Part shown: one piece after another, positions 34,714 to 45,052 of the stretch
How the letters are laid out: each line of letters begins with the position of its first letter
Numbering within the stretch: position 1 is the stretch's first letter
IMG/VR virus record: IMGVR_UViG_3300028832_000118
Span: 25,581-89,580 of that record
DNA length: 64,000 nucleotides
Source of the DNA: a virus
Taxonomy: Duplodnaviria > Caudoviricetes
Strand: one strand, 5' to 3'
The notes under the pieces: generated by a model
The model's database searches: none
The model's input: only the letters and a program-made list of their open reading frames with translations
Told to the model about the DNA's origin: nothing
Program-made: the position numbers and the translations under genes

Positions 34714-36582
34714 TTAACTTTGGAATTTAGACACTCCGTCAATCTTAACGACTTTCAAATAGTTTTCAAATATCTTTTCAGGCTCTTCAATATTCTGAGT
34801 AGTAATCAGGATTGTTATCCCTATACGCTCCAAAATCCTAATAGCGGACACTGTACCCACATTATCCATCTGCCATAAGGTTTCGTCCATTATCAGCATA
34901 TTAAGTCCATTTGCACCCAAAGAGTCATTTATCAATTTCTGAATAGCTAATATGCCTGCTAATATTATTCTTTGTCGCTCTCCCCCCGAAAAAGTCATAA
35001 AGTTCTGCCAATCGTAACCATTACAGCTAACAAAACAATCTATCTTTTCACGTACATCACCGCTCTTCAAAACCTTATACGGCTCAATCTGCACTCGGTA
35101 ATCAATTTTCATCTTATCAAGATAATTATTTATCGTGCCTTCCAGCCTCTTGATAGACTTATTCGCCAAGTAGGTCTGAAATCCGCTCTTACCCATATTG
35201 AACTGCCAAAACTTTAACATATTAAGCTCATCATCCGCTACTTTTAACACCTCCCTGCATTCATTATATTTTTTCAATACATCCCTCTTTCTCTGCTTCA
35301 GCTCTTCAATCCTCTCCTTTCTCTGCTTACCGCTTTTCAAATCTTCAATCTCAACTTTTTTCTTTGCTATCTTAACATTCAACGCTTTTATCTCATATTC
35401 CTCAACTTCAATCAATTTATTCTGCTTATTTATATCATGCTCGCACGCTTCATATTTCAAATTCTGCTCCTTTGCGGCTTTCAACTCCTTATTTGCTTCA
35501 CTTATTTTTATACTTAAAACATTAACTTCTTCGGCTAACTCTTTCGCCTTACTATCCACTTCCAGCTTTATTTCAAGAGCTTCTTCATAAGTAAGTTTTA
35601 ACTCATTATCAACCACAAACTTCTCACCGCATTTAGGACACTTCAAAACTCCATCAAGTATCAACTCTAACTTCTTTTTCAACTTATTAGCTTCCAGCAG
35701 CTCGCTATCGGAATAATCCATTGACTTATTTAGCTTATTTATCTTATCACGTGTTTTAGATAAATCTACCAATTTCATCTTTGCTAAATGCTGCTCCATC
35801 TTCATTAGCTCTTTCTCCAACTTATCTTTTTTCTCCCCCCTGCTAACCAATTCCGCATCCCATCCTACAATTTCCCTCTCTAACTTCTTAACCTCGTATT
35901 CAGTATCATCGTTTTCAAGCAAATCCTTTATCTGTACATCTATCATTTCCATCTTGCCTAATAACTTACCCTCGTTTATTTTTTCAGCCTCTAAATCGGC
36001 TTGTTTTGCCTTTACGCTATCGGACAAACGCTGAAGCACGCTGTTAATCATATCAGCGTTTGTTATTCGGTTCAATATCTCTTTTTTATCAGAGTCAGAA
36101 GCGGTAAAAAAATTGTATCTATTATCCTGCCCGACAATAAAGTATCGCACCAAATCATCCTTACAAATACCAATCAGTTCCAATATCCGCTTATTTGCCT
36201 CAGCTACAGACACCAGCTGCTTATTCTGCAATCCATTTTCATAGACAAGGCACGTTGACGACTTACTTGACTTGAAAAATTCCCTCTCTATTCTAATATT
36301 CTTTTTTAGAACATCATTATAAAGTTCCAAAACTACACTGCAACTGCTAACAGACTTGGATTTATTGATGAAGCTATCCTTCTTTATCGGTCGCAAACAA
36401 TCACCCGTAATAGCCAACGCTATCGCTTCAAAAATGGTGCTTTTGCCTGCCCCGTTATTTTCAAAATTCTTGTCTGTATAATTTTTACCCGTAACGACAG
36501 TACATACATTATTATTAAATTCATATTCCAGTCGCTCAGCTGCAAAAAGATTATTTATTTCAACTTTAATCGGACACCACAT
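34714..36582 (-). CDS. sbcC: SbcC/Rad50-like (gp46) recombination ATPase
   Basis: NGAGKST, zinc hook CPKC, signature FSGGE, Walker B LIMDE; long coiled coils. Confidence 0.9.
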   Translation of the reverse strand: MWCPIKVEINNLFAAERLEYEFNNNVCTVVTGKNYTDKNFENNGAGKSTIFEAIALAITGDCLRPIKKDSFINKSKSVSSCSVVLELYNDVLKKNIRIEREFFKSSKSSTCLVYENGLQNKQLVSVAEANKRILELIGICKDDLVRYFIVGQDNRYNFFTASDSDKKEILNRITNADMINSVLQRLSDSVKAKQADLEAEKINEGKLLGKMEMIDVQIKDLLENDDTEYEVKKLEREIVGWDAELVSRGEKKDKLEKELMKMEQHLAKMKLVDLSKTRDKINKLNKSMDYSDSELLEANKLKKKLELILDGVLKCPKCGEKFVVDNELKLTYEEALEIKLEVDSKAKELAEEVNVLSIKISEANKELKAAKEQNLKYEACEHDINKQNKLIEVEEYEIKALNVKIAKKKVEIEDLKSGKQRKERIEELKQRKRDVLKKYNECREVLKVADDELNMLKFWQFNMGKSGFQTYLANKSIKRLEGTINNYLDKMKIDYRVQIEPYKVLKSGDVREKIDCFVSCNGYDWQNFMTFSGGERQRIILAGILAIQKLINDSLGANGLNMLIMDETLWQMDNVGTVSAIRILERIGITILITTQNIEEPEKIFENYLKVVKIDGVSKFQS

Positions 36583-36583
36583 A

Positions 36584-37633
36584 TTAAATCCCTTTAATTA
36601 AATCTAAACCAAATCTAAATTCATCGCCCTTTATTCCGTTATCAGAACAGAATTTGATAAAATCTTTTTTAATGCTAACTTTATCAAATTGCAGGGATGC
36701 AGTCTGACTAACCTCAATAGCCTCCACTTCTTCATCCGTCTGCACCTTAACGTCAATTCCATGCTTTCGTATTTCCGCAACATTTATTTTATCGCAATCT
36801 GTTTTTTTACCCTTTATTATCAACCTCACATTATCCTTACCACCCTCGTATTTTTCAATCAAATTCCGTATGCCTGAAACATCCTCTGCCTGCACCTCCT
36901 CTTTTATCCAACGTGGAGAGTCAGAAGATAGCCTGAAAAAACTCAAATCATCGTTTATCGCTACAAACCCCTTCAAAAAATCCTCGCTGTAATCGTTTTG
37001 GTAAAGAGAGCCAGTGTAATGGATATTTTCGCCCACCTCTGAGCAATTATGGTAATGACCTACAAACACCTCGTCAAAATCTTTTAGCAAATCGGCACTA
37101 ACAGCCCCACTAACCAAAGAGCCGTCATTATTTTTCACACCATTAATCCCTATATGCGTAACTAACATATTTTTTCTACCACTCCTCAACGGCTTATCTC
37201 TTAAAAGCTGCGTTAATTTTTCACACCAAACATCCTCTCTGTAATACGGCATAAAATAAACATCAACACCAATAAAACAATATCGTTTCGGCTCATTTAT
37301 AACATATATTCCGTTATCTTCATCAGAAAATATATCTAAATAGCTTCCATCGGCTGTAAGGTCGGTTTTATCGTGATTTCCAGGAATAATATGTAACTCT
37401 ATGCCGTTTTTAGCTAATAAGTCAAAACAAGCCTTACAAGCCAGCAAAACGCTGAGAGGCTGCCCTGAGCGGTTAGTGAACATATCCCCTCCTATTATCA
37501 AATTTTCAACTTTGAACTTATTACAAGCGGCTACCATCTGCGAAAATAAATCCATTACCATAACGCAATTATCCTTGGTAAGATGGACGTCATTCGCTAA
37601 AATAAAAATCGGCTTACTCTTCATCATCTTCAT
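36584..37633 (-). CDS. sbcD: SbcD/Mre11-like (gp47) metallophosphoesterase nuclease
   Basis: NDVH, GGDMF, PGNHD, VTH, GHYH. Confidence 0.9.
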   Translation of the reverse strand: MKMMKSKPIFILANDVHLTKDNCVMVMDLFSQMVAACNKFKVENLIIGGDMFTNRSGQPLSVLLACKACFDLLAKNGIELHIIPGNHDKTDLTADGSYLDIFSDEDNGIYVINEPKRYCFIGVDVYFMPYYREDVWCEKLTQLLRDKPLRSGRKNMLVTHIGINGVKNNDGSLVSGAVSADLLKDFDEVFVGHYHNCSEVGENIHYTGSLYQNDYSEDFLKGFVAINDDLSFFRLSSDSPRWIKEEVQAEDVSGIRNLIEKYEGGKDNVRLIIKGKKTDCDKINVAEIRKHGIDVKVQTDEEVEAIEVSQTASLQFDKVSIKKDFIKFCSDNGIKGDEFRFGLDLIKGI

Positions 37634-38732
37634 TCTGCATTAAACTTTTGCGCAATTCCATTAAATCATTCTGCATTGACTTATTTATCTTGTTATGCAG
37701 TATCGGCATTAACTTATTATGTTCGTAATATAGTTTGAAAAATTCTCTCGTTGTACTCCAAGATAATTTCCCGTTCAAAAAACTAACTTTTTTTGCCCCC
37801 TCTTTTTTCAATATACCTCTTTCAATAGCGTAATCAATATCATCTTGGGACAGAATTATTCCATAACCAAGCAAAATCCTGATATCGGTTTTTTGCCTGC
37901 TGCCAAAGTCATTCTTAACAACCTTAACCTCCGTTATCTGCGCCACCTCTACATCATCAATTTTTTCGTGCTGTTTCAACTTCATAGACAAACGCAAAGT
38001 AGGCATCAACGACACCCATTCTCCCCCCGTGCTTTTCTTGGTAACTATTCCCATATTACTCTGCTCATACTGATGATTCAAAATAACGAAATGAATAATA
38101 TGGGTGTACATTTCTGACATTATGCACTTAACAAACTTTTTTGCCTCTTTCGCAAAAGCCATCATTTTTTCGTTCTTCAACTCAAAACTATCTACCTCAC
38201 CCCCCTTCTGCAACATCTTCTCCATCCTATCGGTATTTTCATTCATCGTATCAAGCTCTGACTTTGATAAAGTCGCTCCAAGACTATCCCACATAAAAAA
38301 GAACTTGGGTTTCAAATTCTCCTCAGCCATAATAGCATCGGTATCCATTATCAGCTTCTTCACTTGCAGAAACATCGCTTCAACGTACTTTATTTTCACT
38401 ATTATTACCCTGCTAACGGGCAAACCTAACATCAAAGCATAATCCTTGTTATCTCTATTCTCGCTGGATAAAATTACAGCAATCCCGTCATCCTTATTTT
38501 CCAATAGAAAATTTTTCATAGCAACTAAACCAAGCGTTGTTTTTCCACTACGGCTTGGGCCAGCTATCTCTATTATTCCAGTAGGTAATCCGAATGTTCT
38601 GAGATTATAATTAAGGGTGGGACTACCTGTATGAGCCCAACTCTTTATCTCGTTAAAACCATCCTTTTCAGAAAATTTAATAACATCTTCAGAATTGAAC
38701 CGCTTTACAATTTTATCAATAATACTGCTCAT
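37614..38732 (-). CDS. RecA/UvsX-like recombinase (start re-called at MSSIID)
   Basis: GPSRSGKTT Walker A, MWDSLG Walker B, ILNH, TGGE, KVVKNDFG. Confidence 0.85.
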   Translation of the reverse strand: MSSIIDKIVKRFNSEDVIKFSEKDGFNEIKSWAHTGSPTLNYNLRTFGLPTGIIEIAGPSRSGKTTLGLVAMKNFLLENKDDGIAVILSSENRDNKDYALMLGLPVSRVIIVKIKYVEAMFLQVKKLIMDTDAIMAEENLKPKFFFMWDSLGATLSKSELDTMNENTDRMEKMLQKGGEVDSFELKNEKMMAFAKEAKKFVKCIMSEMYTHIIHFVILNHQYEQSNMGIVTKKSTGGEWVSLMPTLRLSMKLKQHEKIDDVEVAQITEVKVVKNDFGSRQKTDIRILLGYGIILSQDDIDYAIERGILKKEGAKKVSFLNGKLSWSTTREFFKLYYEHNKLMPILHNKINKSMQNDLMELRKSLMQNEDDEE

Positions 38733-38796
38733 AACTAAAAAAATAAAATAGGGCGCACCAAAATAAATAAGGTACACCCTATTGATTTAATAACAA

Positions 38797-39996
38797 TTAC
38801 TTTTTATTAGCAAGTTTTTTACGGATATCATCCAATGAAATTTTGCCCTTCGGCTCTTCATCTTCATCTTCGTCATCCTCTGCTTCGGGTTCATCCTCCT
38901 CCTCTACAACTGCCTCACGGTTGGCGTCACGAATATCATCATCAGACATAGACTTCTTTACGCTAATTTCAAGTTCATTATCCTTAATGTATCTTTTCAA
39001 CTCGCTTCTGTCCATATCGTCAAATTCATCCCCCTCTGCATCCTCCTCAGGCTCTTCATCTTCGTCATCCTCTGCTTCGGGTTCATCCTCCTCCTCAGGC
39101 TCTTCAACTTTTTTCTTTGAAGACGCTTTCACCTTCTTTTTAGGCTCTTCGTCATCCTCTGCTTCGGAATATTGAGCCTTCACTTTCTCTACGATTTCAA
39201 GCCATTCGTCATCGTCAAACAGCCCCATATCCTTATCTTCATCAAAATTCTGCAATCCCTCCAAGGCTCTTTCAAAGTGGTTAATATTATAACCAAATAC
39301 AACCTCGTCAATCGGTTTCAAGGACATAAAGTGCTCAATCTCTTCATCCGTAAGCGGTCGGGCGGTAGGCTTTTTACCAAACGACACTTCATAGTAATTT
39401 TCACCCTTCTTTCGGTTGGGGTTTTTCAAATACTTAACCATTACGGGAATGCCCTCGTCAACATCGGTAAACGGGTCAACCTCAATCGGCTCATCTGCAT
39501 CCTCTGAAAATGCTAACTTGTTAAGCCCATCACGCACTGACTTTTTGAACTCCCAAATCTTTGCACGCAATTCATTATCACCATCAACCTTATCTGCATA
39601 ACACAGCCAAGTGTAAGAGGGTGTCAAAGCATCCTGCCCATCCGTAAGCTCGGTGAGCTTTTTGACGTTATTGGCATATTTAGCCTTGGCAAATTTAACA
39701 TACTCCTGAACCAAATCCAGCTTCGTGCCTCCGTGAACAACTGAATCAGGTACAGTGGCTCTGCGTCTTTCGCCATCCTGCCCCGTTACGGTCAACCAAT
39801 ATGACTTTTTCGGTACGTAAAAATCATCCTTACCAGGGTGAGCGGGAAAAATACGGATTTTTAAGGTTTTACCATCTTCAAGGTTGAGATATTCCCCACC
39901 TTGTGCACCAATAATCGTATTATCGGCATCAACTCTTTTCTGCAACTTCTTTATGGACGTTGCTTTCAACTGACTTCTAAAATCGTTTTTACTCAT
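38797..39996 (-). CDS. Single-stranded DNA-binding protein (gp32-like) with long acidic C-terminus
   Basis: IRIFPAH, KIWEF, DPFTDVDEG; position between UvsY-like and RecA genes; D/E-rich tail. Confidence 0.7.
   Translation of the reverse strand: MSKNDFRSQLKATSIKKLQKRVDADNTIIGAQGGEYLNLEDGKTLKIRIFPAHPGKDDFYVPKKSYWLTVTGQDGERRRATVPDSVVHGGTKLDLVQEYVKFAKAKYANNVKKLTELTDGQDALTPSYTWLCYADKVDGDNELRAKIWEFKKSVRDGLNKLAFSEDADEPIEVDPFTDVDEGIPVMVKYLKNPNRKKGENYYEVSFGKKPTARPLTDEEIEHFMSLKPIDEVVFGYNINHFERALEGLQNFDEDKDMGLFDDDEWLEIVEKVKAQYSEAEDDEEPKKKVKASSKKKVEEPEEEDEPEAEDDEDEEPEEDAEGDEFDDMDRSELKRYIKDNELEISVKKSMSDDDIRDANREAVVEEEDEPEAEDDEDEDEEPKGKISLDDIRKKLANKK
39041..39108. repeat. 68-bp segment shared with 47005-47072 (3 mismatches)
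   Basis: Direct alignment by eye; encodes VEEPExEDEPEAEDD..EEPEED in both genes. Confidence 0.85.
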
Positions 39997-40004
39997 AATG
40001 AATT

Positions 40005-40526
40005 TTATTTAATAAGTTTATCGGTTTTTTTAATTAAAACGCTGTTAATACTTCCTTCTAATAGCTGCTCATCTACATCCCCCTGCTGGATAGTCATAGA
40101 TAGCTTGTTCAGCTTTTCGCTCTTATCCTTTGCACTCCAAAACACGCTATTGATATAATCCCTTGTTTTCTGACACTCAATATACTTCTTCCGCATCGCT
40201 TGGTATGACTTCTCTAATATAAGAGCGGAATTCAGAGCGTCCACTGTCGGATTTTTACCTCCATTCTCCTCTGCTAACCGCAATTTCAATTTTTCTTTCA
40301 ATTTAGCCTCCATAACGTCCAAGTTCATCTTTGCTTCAGACACCACTCTTTCGCATTCAGCTAACAAAATACCAAATCGGTTCACTATAACAGGAAACGT
40401 AATAATTTCACCAATAAGGTTAGAATAGTCAATTTTCAGCAAATCGTCAATTTCAAAATCGTTATCAAACTCATCAAAAATCAACTTATACTGATTTTCG
40501 CCAATATTAACAATTTGCTTTTTCAT
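40005..40526 (-). CDS. UvsY-like recombination mediator
   Basis: Helical; LKIDYSNL...PTVDALNSAL pattern; next to SSB/RecA. Confidence 0.5.
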   Translation of the reverse strand: MKKQIVNIGENQYKLIFDEFDNDFEIDDLLKIDYSNLIGEIITFPVIVNRFGILLAECERVVSEAKMNLDVMEAKLKEKLKLRLAEENGGKNPTVDALNSALILEKSYQAMRKKYIECQKTRDYINSVFWSAKDKSEKLNKLSMTIQQGDVDEQLLEGSINSVLIKKTDKLIK

Positions 40527-40821
40527 CTTCTTTTCTATTTTTCAAAATATGTAATCCAATAACGCAATAACCAATCAAATCCTTTAAGGTATCTTCAAGG
40601 CTTTCAAAATTAGGCTGCTGTCCCGTAAACTCTTTATGAACTAAATTCCTGAAACGGCTCTCCTTGTCGTGTATATGAACCATATTGCCTATAAGCCCCA
40701 AATCAAAAGAAGCTCCGCCATAGTCTGCATTTTTTTTAATCAATGTTTCTCTGACCTCATTAAAGATAGCGTTCACGCTATCATTAGTCATAATACTTTC
40801 ATTTGTTTTTTCTTTTTCCAT
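40507..40821 (-). CDS. Nucleotide modification-associated domain 1 (Nmad1/DUF1599-like)
   Basis: LIKKNADYG...IHDKESR...LEDTLKDLIGY. Confidence 0.75.
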   Translation of the reverse strand: MEKEKTNESIMTNDSVNAIFNEVRETLIKKNADYGGASFDLGLIGNMVHIHDKESRFRNLVHKEFTGQQPNFESLEDTLKDLIGYCVIGLHILKNRKEDEKANC

Positions 40822-40825
40822 AATT

Positions 40826-41491
40826 TTATTCGATTTTAAAGTTTGTAACTAAATAAATAGCGTACTTTATAGGCTCTTCATTAAAAGAGCCTAAATCAGC
40901 TTGTTTTAGTGCTGAAATCAAATTTGCGCCCGCTATTTTAATCCCCGTTTTGCAATTTCTGACTTTATCGTTAATATTTTTGTTACCAAGTCTTAACTCC
41001 CTGCTAACAAACATACACATTGCCAACCAGTCGCAAAACTTTACAAAACTTTTTACTGCATTATTTTTTGCAAAAAAAGAATTGTAAAGCATCCTTTCAA
41101 CTTTGCTTTCAGGTTCATCCTTTAATTTATCATCAGGCATAAACATTCTATAAAATTCATACATAGCATAACTATTCAACCCATTTCTTAAAAATTCGCC
41201 ATTATATTCATTATACTTTACCTCGTGCGACAAATCACGCAAAATCAATGCTTCGTCAAAATCGTGAAAAATAGCGTGCAAAATTACATCCTTGGAAAAA
41301 TCAAGCAATTTATAATCATATTCCAAAGTGTCTTTATCAAACACCTCTTCCAGCAACACTGCCGCAAATGCAGCCACTTTTAAGCTATGCTGGGAAACGC
41401 TCTCTTTGTTAATAGTATCTAACTCCAACCACTGCTTGATATTATCTAATCGGGATAGGCAGATGGCTACTTTATTTATCTTACTTTCCAT
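40826..41491 (-). CDS. HD-domain nucleotidase (YfbR-like)
   Basis: ESVSQHS, IFHDFDE, D, VKFCDWL. Confidence 0.8.
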   Translation of the reverse strand: MESKINKVAICLSRLDNIKQWLELDTINKESVSQHSLKVAAFAAVLLEEVFDKDTLEYDYKLLDFSKDVILHAIFHDFDEALILRDLSHEVKYNEYNGEFLRNGLNSYAMYEFYRMFMPDDKLKDEPESKVERMLYNSFFAKNNAVKSFVKFCDWLAMCMFVSRELRLGNKNINDKVRNCKTGIKIAGANLISALKQADLGSFNEEPIKYAIYLVTNFKIE

Positions 41492-41508
41492 AACTCTTTT
41501 TTTTAACT

Positions 41509-41520
41509 AATAACGATGTA
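41509..41520 (-). promoter_or_regulatory. Phage promoter motif copy (TACATCGTTATT)
   Basis: Intergenic, 18 bp upstream of the ATG at 41491. Confidence 0.5.
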
Positions 41521-41521
41521 T

Positions 41522-44500
41522 TTAACCTATAACGTAAAGACGGGTGGAATTGATTGAATACAACTTCTTTTCGTTTTTGAACTTATCTTTTTTTATAACA
41601 CCATTTATAGCGACAACCCTCCCCTTACAATCCTCAATATCATCAATTTTTTCGTAAGCGTCAGGCCAAATCAATACGGGAATTATCGTATTATTGCAAT
41701 CAATATTTATAGTACACATTGTACCACTTTTTATATCTTTGGTCTGCCAATATATTAACTTGCCAGCGACAGTAACCTCTTTATCATCTTTGGTCATCAA
41801 GAACTCATCATCACTAACGTATAACCCAGCCACCCTCTTACTCGGTATCGCATCACGTATCATGCTTTCATAATCAACCTCACCAAATCCCGTTAAACGC
41901 TTCTGCTCTAAAATCCAAAAAGCGTTAGTATTAGAATCAGAACCATTATAAATATCGGGCAACTCTTCATTCTTGCTTTCCAAATATCTTTTCAACAGCT
42001 TCTTTCTGTCCCTCTCGTTAGATATATTTTCAATCAAATCAAAAGCACCTGCAATTATTAAGCACTTCACCACTGTCTTATTAACCTTTGAAGGCACACG
42101 TGATAAAAACTCATCCAAAGAAAAAAATTCACCACCCTTCTCCCTCGTCTGCATAATATTATCAACCGCTACATCGCCAACCCCCTTTATCTTGGTAAGG
42201 CTGAAGAATATTCGTCTGTTTGCAGCATCGCATGTAAAATTCTTTTCGGAATGATTAACATCAGGCGGTCGTATCTCTATTTTCACCCCCGTTTTTTTTA
42301 TCTCTGCTAATCGGTATGGCACTTCACTTTCTTTCGCAAATTGAAGGGATGTAGTCCAAAATTCAAGAGGGTAATGGACTTTAAGATATTGGCTCCAATA
42401 GGACATAATGCTATATGCGGCTGCGTGGCTTTTATTAAATCCATAGCCGCTAAAAGCCAGCAGCTTCTCCCATACCTTATCAGCGTATTTTTCAGCATCC
42501 CTAACCCCGTTTTTATTCAATAGAGTAATATATCCATCCTTAAATTTATCACCAAATCCTGCAAGTGTTTTAACATCCTTCTTTTTAATAGTAGTACGCA
42601 ATATATCAGACTCAACTTTGGTCAAACCGCCCACTATAACCGCCTGCATAATTTGCTCTTGAAAAACATATAGTCCAAAGGTATTGCTGGTAATACCCTC
42701 CATACCAAAATCAAATTTCGGTTTCTTTTTCCCGTTCTTTATATCAGCGAAATCCTGATGGGCATTAAGTTCCATTGGGCCAGGTCGGAATAAAGCGGTC
42801 ATAGCAATAAGGTGTTCAAGTGTAGTCGGCTTCACTTGTCTGCAATAGTTCATAAGCCCTGCCGTGCCAAATTGAAATACATCCTCGTTCCAACCCCTTC
42901 GGAAATACTTAAAAGTTTCATCGTCATCTAACGGCAAATCATTCAAGCTAATTCTCTTTTTCTCGTTTCGCCAAACTAAATTTTCAATGCTCTTAAACTT
43001 ATCCAGCTGCGACAATCCTAATATATCCTCTTTCAAAAATCCAGCCTTATCAATATACTTGCCTTCCCATTCGCTTACTAACACCCCGTCAATAGCCTTA
43101 ACGGGCAACCACTCCCATATATCTATTTTTCTATTTTTGCCGTCAACTGTACGCTTTGGCACAATTATAACTGCGCTTGGGTGTACGCTCTCTGCTTTCG
43201 GCTGGAGTAACGCAAACTTGGTAAAATGTACTATATCGGGATTTTCCTGAACAAATTTGAAAAGCGGTTTAGATTTTGTAGCGTATTCAATTAAATCCCC
43301 CCAAGTATATTCAATTTGGTCATCAATATCCTTCGTGAGCTTATTCGTATAGTCAAAGGACAACCCCTTTATCTTTCCGAAATCCTTTATACAAGTTTTC
43401 AATTTCATCCTCGTATAAGTACCAATAGCGCACGTATAATCATACCCATACTTACACTTTATATACTCTTTCACACAATCACGGAAATCGGTCGGGAAAT
43501 CAACATCTATATCAGGCATACTATCTGCACTTTTCGCACGCTCGCCACTAACACGGGTTTCGTTCAGAAATCTCTCAAATAACAATCCGTATTTCAACGG
43601 GTCAACATCAGTAATGTATAAAAGATACGCAATAAGGCTTCCACACACACTACCACGCCCTGAACCCGTGTTTATATCGTTATCCCTGCACCATTTCATT
43701 ATATCCCACAAAATCATAAAATAGTCGCAAAGGTCATTAGGCACGATTACAGCACACTCGGTTTCAAGTCTTTCAAAATACTCTTTTTCATTCTCTACTT
43801 TACCAGCTATCCTTTCATTCCATCCCTTATTTATTTCCCTATAAAATTTATCAACAACATCCTTACATTCAAACTTGGGGATTTTTCTATCGCCAACCGC
43901 TAACTTAAATTCAATCGCATCTGCTAATTCATCTGCATTCTGCAAACCCTCCAAAATAGCCGTATAAAGTGGCGTAACATGCTTCCATTCCCTATAAGAT
44001 GATATTGTATCCATTACTGACTTAAAGTATTGGTCGTCACTTTCAGGCTCTACCACCCCATCAACCTTATTTAACATCGTTTTTATCCCCTTTTCATCCG
44101 CATCTAAATAATATGAGTCATTAATCGTAATAGGCTTCAGAACACCACTAAAATTGCTTAAATAAAAATCAATGTTTGAAAGATGCTTTTTGAAAAGCTG
44201 CTCGGATGTATATTCACAAGTATCTATTTGATAATAGACTTTATCAAAACTGCTTCTATATTTTTTCAATAACTGCCTGCAATACCCTACATCACCATTT
44301 TTATAATTAAATTCGCTCTCTTTCGGTATAACTATACAAATACCCTTACCAAGCTCTAACAGCCTATTTTCGGGAATATATTTATTGTAAACGACATTAA
44401 TATCCTTATTTATCTTCAACAGATTTTTCCACCCCTCATAATTCATCGGGAATAGCTTTAATTCAAAAAGCTCCTGATTCATTTCCCCCTCTTTATAATT

Positions 44501-45052
44501 AACAGCAACTCTTATTGTCTCACCAATTACAGGTTTAATACCTGCTTTATCGCAATAGGTCTGAAATGACATGGTGCCAGCAAGCGTATTTCTGTCACAA
44601 ATCCCCAAAGCCTTACAACCTAAAAATTTCGCCTTCTTAACCCAAAGCTCACAACTACCACTACCATTCATCATTTCATACTCGGTATGAACTCCAAGAT
44701 GGGCAAACGGCAAAAATTTTTCTTCATCCGCTTCTCCAATATATTTGAAATCTAAAAATTCAGGTTTGAAAATTACTTCATTATATCTATTCTTTGCCTT
44801 ATTGATTTTAGAGTAGTAAAACCGCTCACCAAATTCAAACAAAATAAAATCTGCTAATCCATCGTCTAAAATATCAAACTCTTCATCGCCAACGATAAAC
44901 GAAAAATCATCATCAATTATCTTACCCTCATAAGGTTTCAAATATAAAAACTTGCCAACCCCGTCAATAGCTATCAAGTTACAACCATTAAGCTCTTTCG
45001 GGTTGGCAATCTTTATTTTATTTTCTTTGCACCAATCTAAAAGTTTTTTCAT
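41522..45052 (-). CDS. dnaE: DNA polymerase III alpha subunit (family C)
   Basis: PHP HLGVHTEY, GRGSVCGS, LLFERFLN, MPDIDVD, FLKEDILGL, FSGYGFNKSH, HhH IKGVG; about 110 aa N-terminal extension. Confidence 0.95.
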   Translation of the reverse strand: MKKLLDWCKENKIKIANPKELNGCNLIAIDGVGKFLYLKPYEGKIIDDDFSFIVGDEEFDILDDGLADFILFEFGERFYYSKINKAKNRYNEVIFKPEFLDFKYIGEADEEKFLPFAHLGVHTEYEMMNGSGSCELWVKKAKFLGCKALGICDRNTLAGTMSFQTYCDKAGIKPVIGETIRVAVNYKEGEMNQELFELKLFPMNYEGWKNLLKINKDINVVYNKYIPENRLLELGKGICIVIPKESEFNYKNGDVGYCRQLLKKYRSSFDKVYYQIDTCEYTSEQLFKKHLSNIDFYLSNFSGVLKPITINDSYYLDADEKGIKTMLNKVDGVVEPESDDQYFKSVMDTISSYREWKHVTPLYTAILEGLQNADELADAIEFKLAVGDRKIPKFECKDVVDKFYREINKGWNERIAGKVENEKEYFERLETECAVIVPNDLCDYFMILWDIMKWCRDNDINTGSGRGSVCGSLIAYLLYITDVDPLKYGLLFERFLNETRVSGERAKSADSMPDIDVDFPTDFRDCVKEYIKCKYGYDYTCAIGTYTRMKLKTCIKDFGKIKGLSFDYTNKLTKDIDDQIEYTWGDLIEYATKSKPLFKFVQENPDIVHFTKFALLQPKAESVHPSAVIIVPKRTVDGKNRKIDIWEWLPVKAIDGVLVSEWEGKYIDKAGFLKEDILGLSQLDKFKSIENLVWRNEKKRISLNDLPLDDDETFKYFRRGWNEDVFQFGTAGLMNYCRQVKPTTLEHLIAMTALFRPGPMELNAHQDFADIKNGKKKPKFDFGMEGITSNTFGLYVFQEQIMQAVIVGGLTKVESDILRTTIKKKDVKTLAGFGDKFKDGYITLLNKNGVRDAEKYADKVWEKLLAFSGYGFNKSHAAAYSIMSYWSQYLKVHYPLEFWTTSLQFAKESEVPYRLAEIKKTGVKIEIRPPDVNHSEKNFTCDAANRRIFFSLTKIKGVGDVAVDNIMQTREKGGEFFSLDEFLSRVPSKVNKTVVKCLIIAGAFDLIENISNERDRKKLLKRYLESKNEELPDIYNGSDSNTNAFWILEQKRLTGFGEVDYESMIRDAIPSKRVAGLYVSDDEFLMTKDDKEVTVAGKLIYWQTKDIKSGTMCTINIDCNNTIIPVLIWPDAYEKIDDIEDCKGRVVAINGVIKKDKFKNEKKLYSINSTRLYVIG

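Noticed and set aside
20279-38777. ORF-track N-terminal extensions of 20042-20338, 25184-26032, 29702-29947 and 37614-38777
   Set aside because: They overlap terminators, upstream genes or structured RNA; downstream ATGs (20278, 25909, 29815, 38732) have better context and start the recognisable domains.
40826-41491. HD protein as DatZ of a 2-aminoadenine (Z) genome system
   Set aside because: No PurZ/MazZ-like gene is visible in the window, and the surrounding genes point to pyrimidine modification. Genes outside the window cannot be excluded.
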